This document shows positions 33,363 through 42,102 of a DNA stretch of 64,000 nucleotides, piece by piece; within the stretch, counting starts at the first letter, position 1, and every line of letters starts with the position of its first letter. The notes under the pieces were generated by a model. The model saw nothing but the letters and a program-made list of their open reading frames with translations. It was not told the origin of the DNA and ran no database searches. A program made the position numbers and the translations under genes. Source of the stretch: an uncultured Coriobacteriaceae bacterium (GTDB lineage: Bacteria > Actinomycetota > Coriobacteriia > Coriobacteriales > UMGS124). Location: contig UQBS01000005.1 in assembly GCA_900539345.1 (NCBI GenBank), positions 610 through 64,609 on the forward strand. The letters run 5' to 3'.

Positions 33363-35021
33363 TTACGCGCCCTCGCCGTAGCCGAAGCGCTTGATCTGCG
33401 CGGCGTCGCTACGCCAGCCGGGCTTCACCTTGACGTTGAGTTTGAGCATGACCTGGTTGCCGAGCAGGCGCTCCAGGTCGTGGCGGGCCTGCGAGCCGAT
33501 GCGCTTGATCATCTTGCCGCCGGCGCCGATGACGATGCCCTTCTGACCCTCGCGCTCCACGTACACGGTGGCGTTGATGTGCGAGATGTTGGCCTTCTCG
33601 TCATAGCTCGTGGAGTCGACCTCCACGCCCACGGAGTGCGGCACCTCGTCGCGGGTGTTGAGCAGGACCTTCTCGCGGATGAACTCGGCCACCACGACCT
33701 CGGGGGTCATGTCGGTCTGCATGTCCACCGGGAACCACCGCGGACCCTGCGGCAGGTGCGCGGCCACGACCTGCAGGAACCCGTCGACGTTGAAGCCCTC
33801 CTGGGCGCTCACGACGATGGCCTCGTCAAACGGGCAGAACTCGCGCATGTGCTCCACCTGGGCGCGAGCCTGGTCCTGGTCGATGATGTCGGCCTTGGTC
33901 ACCACGAGCACCTTGTAGGCGCGGCTCTCGGCCACGTGCTGGGCCACCCACTCATCTCCGCGACCCGCAGGCTGCGAACCGTCAAGCACCATGGCGACCA
34001 CATCGACATCCTTGAGCGCGTTGAGCGCCGAGATGTTGAGCTCCTCGCCAAGGGCATCCACCGGCTTGTGCAGGCCGGGGGTGTCCACAAGCACGACCTG
34101 CATGTTGGGCTCGTTATACACGGCCGAGATGCGGTGACGCGTGGTCTGCGCGGTGGGCGAGGTAATGAGCAGCTTGTCGCCCACGATTGCGTTGATGAGC
34201 GTGGACTTACCGGCGTTGGGGCGACCGACCAAGCTCACGAAACCGCTCTTGAACGGGCCCTCGTAGGTGGCAGGGTGCATGAAGCGCGTCTCGTCCTCGT
34301 CGTCTTCCTGCGGAGCCTGGGCACCGGCGGCACCCTGGGAGGCAAAGAAGGCGTCGATGAGGGCGGTGCCGGACAGGCCGTCGGGGTTGTCGAAGCCAAC
34401 GACGTCGTCCTCGTCGTCCCAGTCCTCGTCATCGTCGTCGAAGTCCTCGTCGCCCTCAGAAGGCAGGTCCTGCCAAAGAACGGGCTGGCTGGTAGTCGGC
34501 TTGGCGACGGGGCGGGCGTCGGTGCCTTCGGCGGCGTGGTCCACCGTGGGGCCGATGTTGATCTGCTCGGGCGGCACGCCCGTGAAGTCGGCCAGGTAGG
34601 AGCGCTCGAGCGCCTCCATCTCCTCAGCCTCGCGAGTATCCTCGTGGTCGTAGCCCATGAGGTGCAGGCAGCCGTGCGACAGCAAGAGACGCATCTCGTC
34701 GGCCGGATCGTTGCCAAACTCAGGAGCCTGCTTGGCCACAACCGAGGGGCAGATGATGAGGTCGCCCACCATGAAGGGCTCGCCGTCCTCCACGTCGTCG
34801 GGGTCGTCGATGTTGAACGACAGCACGTCGGTGGGCTTGTCGATGCCGCGGTACTCCAGGTTCAGGCGGTGAATCTCGTCGGCGTCGACGAAACTGACCG
34901 AGACCTCGCAAGGCTCGGGGCAACCCTCCCCCTCAAGCACGCACGCCACCAGGCGCTCGATTTCCTCAGCGCTCAGGATATCCTGTTCTACCTCGTCGTT
35001 TATCTCAATGCGCATGTCCAT
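33363..35021 (-). CDS. YbeY (rRNA maturation endoribonuclease) - Era (GTPase) fusion protein
   Basis: A single 552-codon ORF. aa 1-150 are YbeY (...DVLSF..., SHGCLHLMGYDHED zinc motif). aa about 150-256 are an acidic linker (DEDFDDDDEDWDDEDD). aa 257-552 are Era (FVSLVGRPNAGKSTLIN, VDTPG, TKAD, C-terminal KH domain). Confidence 0.9.
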   Translation of the reverse strand: MDMRIEINDEVEQDILSAEEIERLVACVLEGEGCPEPCEVSVSFVDADEIHRLNLEYRGIDKPTDVLSFNIDDPDDVEDGEPFMVGDLIICPSVVAKQAPEFGNDPADEMRLLLSHGCLHLMGYDHEDTREAEEMEALERSYLADFTGVPPEQINIGPTVDHAAEGTDARPVAKPTTSQPVLWQDLPSEGDEDFDDDDEDWDDEDDVVGFDNPDGLSGTALIDAFFASQGAAGAQAPQEDDEDETRFMHPATYEGPFKSGFVSLVGRPNAGKSTLINAIVGDKLLITSPTAQTTRHRISAVYNEPNMQVVLVDTPGLHKPVDALGEELNISALNALKDVDVVAMVLDGSQPAGRGDEWVAQHVAESRAYKVLVVTKADIIDQDQARAQVEHMREFCPFDEAIVVSAQEGFNVDGFLQVVAAHLPQGPRWFPVDMQTDMTPEVVVAEFIREKVLLNTRDEVPHSVGVEVDSTSYDEKANISHINATVYVEREGQKGIVIGAGGKMIKRIGSQARHDLERLLGNQVMLKLNVKVKPGWRSDAAQIKRFGYGEGA

Positions 35022-35151
35022 GCTGTCGCAGCCTTTCTTGTCATACGGCAACTCGGATGTAACACGGGACCACCGCGGCGCAGCAGGCAAGGGCGAGGCG
35101 CGCAATGCACAGCCTCTTGCCCGATGCGGCCGCAGCGGCCCCGCAGGTTTC

Positions 35152-36210
35152 TTATTCCGTGGCTCCCTGGTAGCCGTTGGGGTTCATGCTCTGCCACTTC
35201 CAGGAGTGGGCACACATGTCGTCGATGTCGTACTGGGCCTCCCAGCCCATGAGCTCCTTGGCCTTCGAGGCGTCACAGTAGGTCTCGGCGATATCCCCGT
35301 CACGACGCAGGCAAATCTCGTAGGGCAGTTCCTTGCCACAGGCACGCTCAAAGGCATGGATGACGTCAAGCACGCTGTAGCCGTGGCCCGTGCCCAGGTT
35401 GAACACATGCACGCCGTGCTTGCCGCGCATGTAGTTGAGGGCGGACACATGGCCACGTGCCAGGTCGACGACGTGGATGTAGTCGCGCACGCCGGTGCCG
35501 TCGGGCGTGGGGTAGTCGTCACCGAAGACGTTGATGTGGTCGAGCTGACCCACGGCGACCTTGGCCACGTAGGGCACGAGGTTGTTCGGGATGCCCTTGG
35601 GATCCTCGCCGATGAGACCGCTCTCGTGGGCGCCGATCGGGTTGAAGTAACGAAGGAGCATGACGTTCCAACGCTCGTCGGCCGTGTAAAGGTCGCGCAG
35701 CATCTGCTCGTTCATCGTCTTGGTACGACCGTAAGGGTTCGTGGCCGGCTTGAGCTCGGAATCCTCGCGCACGGGCACATGGTCGGGCTGGCCATAGACG
35801 GTGGCCGAAGAGGAGAACACGATGTCGTACACGCCGTGGTCACGAAGGGCGCGTGCGAGCTCGAGCGTGCCGCCCAGGTTGTTCTGGTAGTACTCGATGG
35901 GCTTGTGCACCGACTCGCCCACCGCCTTGTACGCGGCGAAGTGGATGGCGCCGCAGATGGGCTGCTCGTCGAAGATGCGGTCGAGAAGCGCCCCGTCCTT
36001 CACATCGCCCTGGTAGAAGGCACGAACCTTCTTGCCCGTGATGCGCTCGACGCGCTTGAGGGCGACCTCGCTGGCGTTGGACAGGTCGTCGATCACGACG
36101 ACGTCATAGCCAGCGTTGAGCAGCTCGACGCAGGTGTGGCTGCCGATGAAGCCGGCACCGCCCGTGACAAGGATGCAAGGCTTTTCGGACTCAGTTACCG
36201 TATCGGTCAT
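35152..36210 (-). CDS. galE: UDP-glucose 4-epimerase
   Basis: ILVTGGAGFIGSH, YGRTK (YxxxK), C-terminal ...WKWQSMNPNGY typical of GalE. ATG 36210 with a GAAAGGA RBS. Confidence 0.9.
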   Translation of the reverse strand: MTDTVTESEKPCILVTGGAGFIGSHTCVELLNAGYDVVVIDDLSNASEVALKRVERITGKKVRAFYQGDVKDGALLDRIFDEQPICGAIHFAAYKAVGESVHKPIEYYQNNLGGTLELARALRDHGVYDIVFSSSATVYGQPDHVPVREDSELKPATNPYGRTKTMNEQMLRDLYTADERWNVMLLRYFNPIGAHESGLIGEDPKGIPNNLVPYVAKVAVGQLDHINVFGDDYPTPDGTGVRDYIHVVDLARGHVSALNYMRGKHGVHVFNLGTGHGYSVLDVIHAFERACGKELPYEICLRRDGDIAETYCDASKAKELMGWEAQYDIDDMCAHSWKWQSMNPNGYQGATE

Positions 36211-36227
36211 ACATGTTCCTTTCTCAA

Positions 36228-36815
36228 TCAAATACGCTTCCTGGTACAACCCCTTGGGCCATGAGCGGCCCTCTTTGAACGTGAACGTATGCGCGCAACG
36301 GCGAGGCCACAAGGGCCGTGGACGCAGGTTCGCCCGAGTACGACCAGCCGACCCGGATGCTCGTCGGCCTTGGTCTTGACGGGCGTTGCATGCTCCACAA
36401 GAGCCGCCACCTCGTCCATGGTACGCCGCAGATGTTTCTTTTTAAGCCTGCATTCCCAGACAACAACAACTGTCCAGCCGGCATCGACGAGCTCGGTTGA
36501 ATCACGTGCGTCCCTGGCCTGGTTTCGGGCAAACTTCGCAGACCAGAACTCGACGTTGGACGACGGTGTGCTGGGATGGCAGTAGGGACACCGGTGCCAA
36601 AAGCAGCCGTGCACGAAGATTGCCACGCGCTTGCCCGGATAGGCTACATCAGGCTTGCCGGGGGCCTTCTTCCACTGCAGGCGATACCCGCTGAGACCGC
36701 GTTTGCGCAGGTAGGTGCGCACCACAATCTCAGGCTTCGTGTCGCGGCTGCGGTTGCCCTGCATCGAGTGACGCACGGCAAGACTCGTCGCAGCAGGTAC
36801 GGCGGGTGAAGGCAT
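36228..36815 (-). CDS. vsr: very-short-patch repair endonuclease (T:G mismatch, Vsr)
   Basis: RSRDTKPEIVVRTYL, GKPDVAYPGKRVAIFVHGCFWHRCPYC, FWSAKFARNQARD, GWTVVVVWECRL. Basic C-terminal extension of about 45 aa. Confidence 0.85.
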   Translation of the reverse strand: MPSPAVPAATSLAVRHSMQGNRSRDTKPEIVVRTYLRKRGLSGYRLQWKKAPGKPDVAYPGKRVAIFVHGCFWHRCPYCHPSTPSSNVEFWSAKFARNQARDARDSTELVDAGWTVVVVWECRLKKKHLRRTMDEVAALVEHATPVKTKADEHPGRLVVLGRTCVHGPCGLAVARIRSRSKRAAHGPRGCTRKRI

Positions 36816-36829
36816 GCCGGGCGACTCCC

Positions 36830-37618
36830 CTACTGCTGGACGGGCTCGGCCGCGCCCTGGCCCTCGGCATCGACCGGGGCAGCAGCCTCTTCGCCCGCGT
36901 CTGCGGGCTGAGCGTCTACGGACTGGGCCTCGGCGTCAGCCGGAGCGGCGTCTGCCGCAGGCGCGGCAGGGTCGCTTGCGGCCACAAGCTTGTCCTGCGA
37001 GGCAACGCTTGCCTGCGCAGGATCGAGACCGCCCAGAAGGACACGCACGAGCTCGTCGGAATCCTGGAGCTTCCAAAGCGAGCCATCTTTAACATAGATG
37101 AGCTCGACAGTCTGCGAAACCACTGGCACGTCAGGATTTGCCAGGCACGACGTGAGTACCGAGGCCAGGTGGGCCGTGAGCGCGGCGTCATCCATAGCCG
37201 CAAGAGTGTTGCGGGTCTCGGCGGTCGCAAGCTCGTTGGTCACCTGGGCCGTGTAGTCTTGGAAGACCTGGTTGAGGTCCTTGTTCGAGACGTTAACGAC
37301 GACATGGGCGGTGTTGTTCTCAATCGAGATGGAGCTCACCTCGTAGGCAAGGCTGGAGAACATGGGGCCGTACACGTCGAGCGGGTCGAAGCCGGCAGCC
37401 ACAAGGTCGCTGGTGTAGTCGGAGGCGAACAGCGACGTCGCGGTATCGCTCGTGAGGTCGGTGAGCTGGGCCATGTCGGCCTTGACGCCGTCATTGAGGG
37501 CCTGGGCGGCATCGGAGAAGCTCTGACCACAGCCAGACGCCATGAGCGTGCAAGCAAGCGCGCAGCAGGCAAAGATGGCCGGCACGGTGCGCATCTTCTT
37601 GGTAGACGAAAAAAGCAT
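36830..37618 (-). CDS. lipoprotein, function unknown
   Basis: Signal peptide with lipobox (AIFACCALACTLMASGC|G). The mature domain is followed by a Pro/Ala/Asp-rich tail. GAAGGAG RBS before ATG 37618. Confidence 0.7.
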   Translation of the reverse strand: MLFSSTKKMRTVPAIFACCALACTLMASGCGQSFSDAAQALNDGVKADMAQLTDLTSDTATSLFASDYTSDLVAAGFDPLDVYGPMFSSLAYEVSSISIENNTAHVVVNVSNKDLNQVFQDYTAQVTNELATAETRNTLAAMDDAALTAHLASVLTSCLANPDVPVVSQTVELIYVKDGSLWKLQDSDELVRVLLGGLDPAQASVASQDKLVAASDPAAPAADAAPADAEAQSVDAQPADAGEEAAAPVDAEGQGAAEPVQQ

Positions 37619-37670
37619 GTGCGCTCCTTCCCTAAGAAGCGTCAGTAACGATTGAACGTACACGGCACAA

Positions 37671-38537
37671 TTATGCGCAGTCCTCGGCGGGTTTGGGGCA
37701 GGCAATGCCTTTTTCCAACGCGCCCACCACATCAAGAGCCTCTTCAAGCCCAGCGTGCAGCACGCACACGCCATTGGGCAGCACCTCAACGCGGCTCGAG
37801 AGGGCACCCAGCGGACTCTCCCACAAGCCGCAGGCAAACCCACGGGCGTCCTCGGCAGGCTTGAACGCCACGCGCCAGCCAAAGCCGTGCTCCATGCTGC
37901 GGCGCGCCTCGGCATTGGAGGCATCTTCGGCCAAGCCCGGGTAACGCGCCCACACAACGCGCGGATGATGCGCAAGGAACTGGGCGGCAACGAGAGCCCG
38001 GTCGCAACGCGCCTGCGTGACGAGAGCAAGCTGAGGCAGCATGTGTGCCAGAAGATCACGCACGCCGGACAGACTCGGCGCGGCCGCGTCCGGCGCGTCT
38101 GCCCCGATTGCCCTCATGAACCGCTCGAGGGCCCCCTCGCTGCGTGAGGCCACAAAAGCAAGGCCATCAAAGGCCTCGCCGAAAAGGTCACCGAGGTCCT
38201 CCACCGCGATGTCGGCGCCCATCTGGGGCGGACGACACAGATAGGGACCCGCGCCCTCGTTGACCACGACGCGCAGACCATCGCCAGAAGCGGGAGCCTT
38301 GAGCCAGGGGCGCAGCTCGTCGGCCTCGATGGAGCCCGTTGGCTCCACGTGCAGGGTCCTTCGCACCTCGAGCAACTCGACGCAGGTGTCCGCGTCGCAA
38401 AAAAGCGCCCTGCGCGCGGGTTCACCCGCAAGCAGGGCGCCAGTCTTGGCGTGCTCAAGTTGTGCCATGACCTGCTCGACAGCGAGACCCTGGCTAGCGA
38501 TGGTGGAGAAGTTGCGGTCAGGATGCAGCACTGCCAA
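37671..38537 (-). CDS. truncated, probably non-catalytic homologue of Cys/Met-metabolism PLP-dependent enzymes (cystathionine gamma-synthase/beta-lyase family)
   Basis: Matches to E. coli MetB by eye: GADIAVEDLGDLFG ~ GADLVLHSCTKYLNG (PLP-Lys position is Gly-Asp here); QARCDRALVAAQFLAHHPRVVWARYPGL ~ RMELAQRNAQAIVKYLQTQPLVKKLYHPSL; GFGWRVAFKP ~ GFGAMLSFEL; VLHAGLEEALDVVGALEKG ~ RISTGIEDGEDLIADLENG. The N-terminal roughly 100 aa of the family are missing. Start uncertain (TTG 38537 or ATG 38468). Confidence 0.55.
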   Translation of the reverse strand: MAVLHPDRNFSTIASQGLAVEQVMAQLEHAKTGALLAGEPARRALFCDADTCVELLEVRRTLHVEPTGSIEADELRPWLKAPASGDGLRVVVNEGAGPYLCRPPQMGADIAVEDLGDLFGEAFDGLAFVASRSEGALERFMRAIGADAPDAAAPSLSGVRDLLAHMLPQLALVTQARCDRALVAAQFLAHHPRVVWARYPGLAEDASNAEARRSMEHGFGWRVAFKPAEDARGFACGLWESPLGALSSRVEVLPNGVCVLHAGLEEALDVVGALEKGIACPKPAEDCA

Positions 38538-38546
38538 ACCTAACGA

Positions 38547-39239
38547 TTAGTCCAGGTCGTCGATGGCGGCCTGCACCTGGGTGCCATAGGGGTTGACGGC
38601 GGCCTGCAGCTGCGTGGCAGCAGCGCTGGGGGCGGCGGCAACAGCCTCGGAACCCGAGGGGGCAGACGTAATCAGCGGGAAGTTGGCCGAAGCGGCATCG
38701 GAGAACTTCTGAATAAGGGCGAGGTACTCGGTGCGGAAGTTCTCGCGGGAAACCTTGAGACGCTCGATCTCGTCGAGCTCGGTCTGCTTCTCGTCGAGAG
38801 CCTGGCGGATGACCTTGCGGGCCTGGTTGTCGGCGTCGAGACGAATGCGCTCGGCGTTGGACTTAGCCTCGGCAACGATGCGGTCGGCGGTCTGCTGGGC
38901 AACGATGAGAGCGGCGGAGAGCTGCTCCTCGGTGGCGCTGTAGATGTTGGGCTTGCCATTGTTGGCGGGAGCGGCGGGAGCTGCAGCGGGAGCAGCGGCG
39001 CGGGCGTCGGCCACAGCCTTGTCAGCCTCGGCGCGAACCTTCTCAATCTCGCCCTGGAGCTCGCCGTTCTTGGCCTCGGCGGCGGTCAGGCGGTTCTTGA
39101 GGTCTGCAATCTTGCGCAGCATCGCGTCGATGTCGCGGCTGATCTGCTCGAGGAACTCGTCGACCTCGCTGGGCTCGTATCCACGGCGCTTGGCCTCGGA
39201 GAACGTCTTCTGCTGAATCTCGGCGGGAGTGATAGGCAT
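38547..39239 (-). CDS. divIVA: DivIVA-domain cell-division/polarity protein
   Basis: MPITPAEIQQKTFSEAKRRGYEPSEVDEFLEQISRDIDAM, followed by coiled-coil. Confidence 0.9.
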   Translation of the reverse strand: MPITPAEIQQKTFSEAKRRGYEPSEVDEFLEQISRDIDAMLRKIADLKNRLTAAEAKNGELQGEIEKVRAEADKAVADARAAAPAAAPAAPANNGKPNIYSATEEQLSAALIVAQQTADRIVAEAKSNAERIRLDADNQARKVIRQALDEKQTELDEIERLKVSRENFRTEYLALIQKFSDAASANFPLITSAPSGSEAVAAAPSAAATQLQAAVNPYGTQVQAAIDDLD

Positions 39240-39305
39240 GGTAAGACCTTTCCTTCGTGCATTGCAGCCTCACGGCATCAGCCGAAGGCATCGGTAAACG
39301 GATGG

Positions 39306-39560
39306 CTAAAGTATAGCCAGAATCAGGCTCTCGGCGAGCTGCAGAACGATAATCGCAACCACAGGCGAAAAATCAATCATGCCCAGGGGCGGGATGATGC
39401 GCCTGAAGATGCCCAGATACGGCTCAGAGATGGAAGCGAGCACCGAACGGATGTCCTCGACCCACTTGGACGCGCCGTAGGGAATCCAGCTCATGAGCAC
39501 ATAGACGAGCAGGATGACGGAGTAGATGCGGAAGAGCTGGGCAATGGCAATAGAAAGCAT
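39306..39560 (-). CDS. yggT: YggT-family membrane protein
   Basis: 84 aa with two TM helices. ...EPYLGIFRRIIPPLGMIDFSPVVAIIVLQ matches the YggT signature. Conserved position between sepF and divIVA. Confidence 0.85.
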   Translation of the reverse strand: MLSIAIAQLFRIYSVILLVYVLMSWIPYGASKWVEDIRSVLASISEPYLGIFRRIIPPLGMIDFSPVVAIIVLQLAESLILAIL

Positions 39561-39563
39561 CGG

Positions 39564-40517
39564 CTACCTCATCAGGCCCTGGCGCTTGAGGTCGGCCATG
39601 GTGACGTCGGAGACCTTCACGCCCTTGGGACAGACGGCGAAAAGCTTCTGCCCAAGCTCCTCGATCGTGGCGCCGCTGGCACAGCACACACCGAACGTGA
39701 AGTCGAGAATGCGCTGGCAGGTGGCGTCCGAAGAGCTGCGCATTGCGAGCACCACAGGGCGATGGTCGCCCAGCAGCACCTCAGCGACACGGCGGACGTC
39801 GTCGTAGCCGCGCGTGCGCACGATGACGGCATCGCTGGAAAACGTCGGTGGCTCGGCCACATGCGCGCTCGCTGCGGCCGGAGCGGGCGCAGGAGCAGAC
39901 ACAGCGGCGGACTTGGCGGGAGCCGCAGGGCGAGGCTCTGCGGCGGCCGGCCTGGCAGCAGGCGCAGCAGACTCCTGCATGGGAACCGGGCGCTTGGACG
40001 GCGCGAGTGCAGGGGCTGGGGCGGGCTGAGGAGCGGGGCGAGTCGCCGCATCGGCGGCAACACGCTCGCGCAGGCGCTCAGCATAGGACTTCTGGGGAGC
40101 GCTTGCGCCCGCGGCGCTGCGCGCAGGGCGGGCGTCGCTGCGCGGCATCACCTGAACGCCCTCGTCATCGATGGGCCTCCTTGGAGCAGGGGCGTCACCT
40201 GCAGGCTTGGCTGCGGCGCGACCAGCGGCGGAACCCTCGATGACGCGGAAGCCGCCCTCCGAACGGGTGCTTCCCGCCGCACGCACGACCGACCAGTCGG
40301 CACGACCCTCACCTGCATGCTCCTGCACAAAGGCATCTGCCTCGGCATGGGGGTCGGGGTCGGGATAGGCGGGCAAGAAGGTGCCCGTGTTGTCCATGAG
40401 CTGGAAGTCGCTGACGCCCTCAGGCCAGCTGCCCTCGCGAAGGCCACGCTGAAACTCCTGCTCAACGGCCTGCTCGTTGTTCTTCTTATGGGACTTGAAG
40501 TTATCTAGAAAGCTCAT
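39564..40517 (-). CDS. sepF: cell division protein SepF (long Pro/Ala-rich N-terminal region)
   Basis: C-terminal SepF core VIVRTRGYDDVRRVAEVLLGDHRPVVLAM...ILDFTFGVCCASGATIEELGQKLFAVCP. Confidence 0.85.
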   Translation of the reverse strand: MSFLDNFKSHKKNNEQAVEQEFQRGLREGSWPEGVSDFQLMDNTGTFLPAYPDPDPHAEADAFVQEHAGEGRADWSVVRAAGSTRSEGGFRVIEGSAAGRAAAKPAGDAPAPRRPIDDEGVQVMPRSDARPARSAAGASAPQKSYAERLRERVAADAATRPAPQPAPAPALAPSKRPVPMQESAAPAARPAAAEPRPAAPAKSAAVSAPAPAPAAASAHVAEPPTFSSDAVIVRTRGYDDVRRVAEVLLGDHRPVVLAMRSSSDATCQRILDFTFGVCCASGATIEELGQKLFAVCPKGVKVSDVTMADLKRQGLMR

Positions 40518-41269
40518 ATATGCAGCCTCTCTTCGATGGAAAACGTCGGATCGAAGGCAACTCTACCAAGCCGGACTATCGTAGCACCCTGACGAATACC
40601 TGCCTCGAAGTCCTCGCTCATGCCCATAGAAAGGACTTGCAGGCTCGCCTGTGGATACGCCTGGGCCAGCTCGTCACGGAGCTTGCGCAGACCCTCGAAG
40701 GTGTGCTCAGCAACGCACATGTCGCCTTGCGGCGCCATGGTCATCAAACCGCGCACGCCGATTCCCTCAAGCTCCTGAGCCATTTCGAACATGGCTTTGA
40801 GCTCGTCGGGGGCCATACCCTGCTTGGACTCCTCGCCTGAGACGTTTGCCTCGAGCAGCACCGGCTGCACGATACCGGCAACCACGGCACGCTTCGAGAC
40901 GGCCTCGGCAAGCTTGGCCGACGAGATGGAGTGCACCAGACACGGACGGGCCGCCAGAACATGGTTGATCTTGTTCTCCTGGAGGTTGCCGATCATGTGC
41001 CAGCGCACGCCCTCGAACGCCGGATCGCCTGCAATGAGCGCGAGTTTGCGTTCGAGTTCCTGCGGGCGGTTTTCGGCAAAGTCAGTGTACCCAGCAGTGC
41101 GGGCTGCAGCCACCTGCGGCACGTCGACCGTCTTGCTCACCGCACAGACAACAACATCTTCAGGTTTGCGGCCAGAAGCCTCGCATGCACGCTCCACAAG
41201 CTCTGCGATTTGAGCGCGGCGCTGCCGCAGCTGGGCGGCATACGGCCCGTCGAACTCGATAGAAGACAT
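40514..41269 (-). CDS. yggS: YggS-family pyridoxal-phosphate homeostasis protein
   Basis: VCAVSKTV (PLP-Lys), HMIGNLQENK, LSMGMSEDFEAGIRQGATIVRLG. ATG 41269 follows GGAGG by 6 nt. Confidence 0.9.
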   Translation of the reverse strand: MSSIEFDGPYAAQLRQRRAQIAELVERACEASGRKPEDVVVCAVSKTVDVPQVAAARTAGYTDFAENRPQELERKLALIAGDPAFEGVRWHMIGNLQENKINHVLAARPCLVHSISSAKLAEAVSKRAVVAGIVQPVLLEANVSGEESKQGMAPDELKAMFEMAQELEGIGVRGLMTMAPQGDMCVAEHTFEGLRKLRDELAQAYPQASLQVLSMGMSEDFEAGIRQGATIVRLGRVAFDPTFSIEERLHI

Positions 41270-41281
41270 CTGCAACCTCCC

Positions 41282-42082
41282 CTAAGCTCTCATGAAGGCA
41301 ACGGCGGCGTGGCGGCCGGTCTTGCCATTCTCAGCACGATGAGAGAAGAACCTATCGGTAAGCTTGGCAGTGCACAGCTGCGTGTCACTCACCAATTCGA
41401 GTGCCACCCCGGCCTCCTCCAGGCTCGCGCGCACACAGGCCGACATGTCGAGATGCCGCGGACCCCAGCAGGCAATGTCCCCAAAACGCTGCACGAACGT
41501 GTCGAGCAGCTCCCGGGAGACCTCGTAGGACTCCCCTGAGATATGCGGGCCAATGAAGACCTGCACGTCCGAGGTGTCGCAGCCGCAGGCCTGGGCCAGC
41601 GCGCGAGCGGTCTTGCCTGCGATGCCGGCAAGCGTCCCACGCCAGCCAGAGTGCGCCACAGCGAAACCGCCGGGAGCCACGAGCACGACAGGCGTGCAAT
41701 CGGCAAAGAGCAGCATGACCGCCTGGTTGGGAACCGTACACACCACGGCGTCAGCTCCCGCCTCAAGGCAAGCCGGACGTTCGCCCGCGCTCGTAATGAG
41801 CGCGACTTCATCGCCGTGCACCTGGTTCGGCACGACGAGCGTGTTGACCAATTCGGGCGCCCCAAGCGCCTCCATGACGCGCCTGCGGTTTTCCGCGACG
41901 CAGGCAGGGTCGTCGCCGCCCTTCGTACCCAGGTTCAGGCTGGCGAAAGGCGGGTGCGACACGCCACCCGTACGTTCCGTGAAACAAAACGTGACCCCGC
42001 CCGGCACTGCACTGCAGGTACCGAGAAGGGCCACGCCGTCGTCTACGAAACGCTTGATGTGAATGCGTTCGTTGGCTATCAA
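41282..42082 (-). CDS. pgeF: purine-nucleoside phosphorylase / peptidoglycan-editing factor family (YfiH/PgeF, Cu-oxidase_4)
   Basis: QVHGDEV, DAVVCTVPN, ADCTPV, AHSGWRG, CTAKLTDRFFSHRAE. Start uncertain (TTG 42082). Confidence 0.85.
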   Translation of the reverse strand: MIANERIHIKRFVDDGVALLGTCSAVPGGVTFCFTERTGGVSHPPFASLNLGTKGGDDPACVAENRRRVMEALGAPELVNTLVVPNQVHGDEVALITSAGERPACLEAGADAVVCTVPNQAVMLLFADCTPVVLVAPGGFAVAHSGWRGTLAGIAGKTARALAQACGCDTSDVQVFIGPHISGESYEVSRELLDTFVQRFGDIACWGPRHLDMSACVRASLEEAGVALELVSDTQLCTAKLTDRFFSHRAENGKTGRHAAVAFMRA

Positions 42083-42102
42083 GCGAAGTGCCGCCTGTTC
42101 TC

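Noticed and set aside
31208-33394. 728-aa plus-strand ORF covering recO and the DeoC-like gene, with a striking hydrophobic repeat (VIVMTAAAATRVIITSVIVIMAAGTVIVVAG...) that looks like a membrane protein.
   Set aside because: The hydrophobic repeat is simply the reverse-complement reading of the Cys/His/Asp-rich repeat (GTG/ATC/ATG/GCC codons). The minus strand carries recO and a DeoC-homologous frame with good RBS and start contexts.
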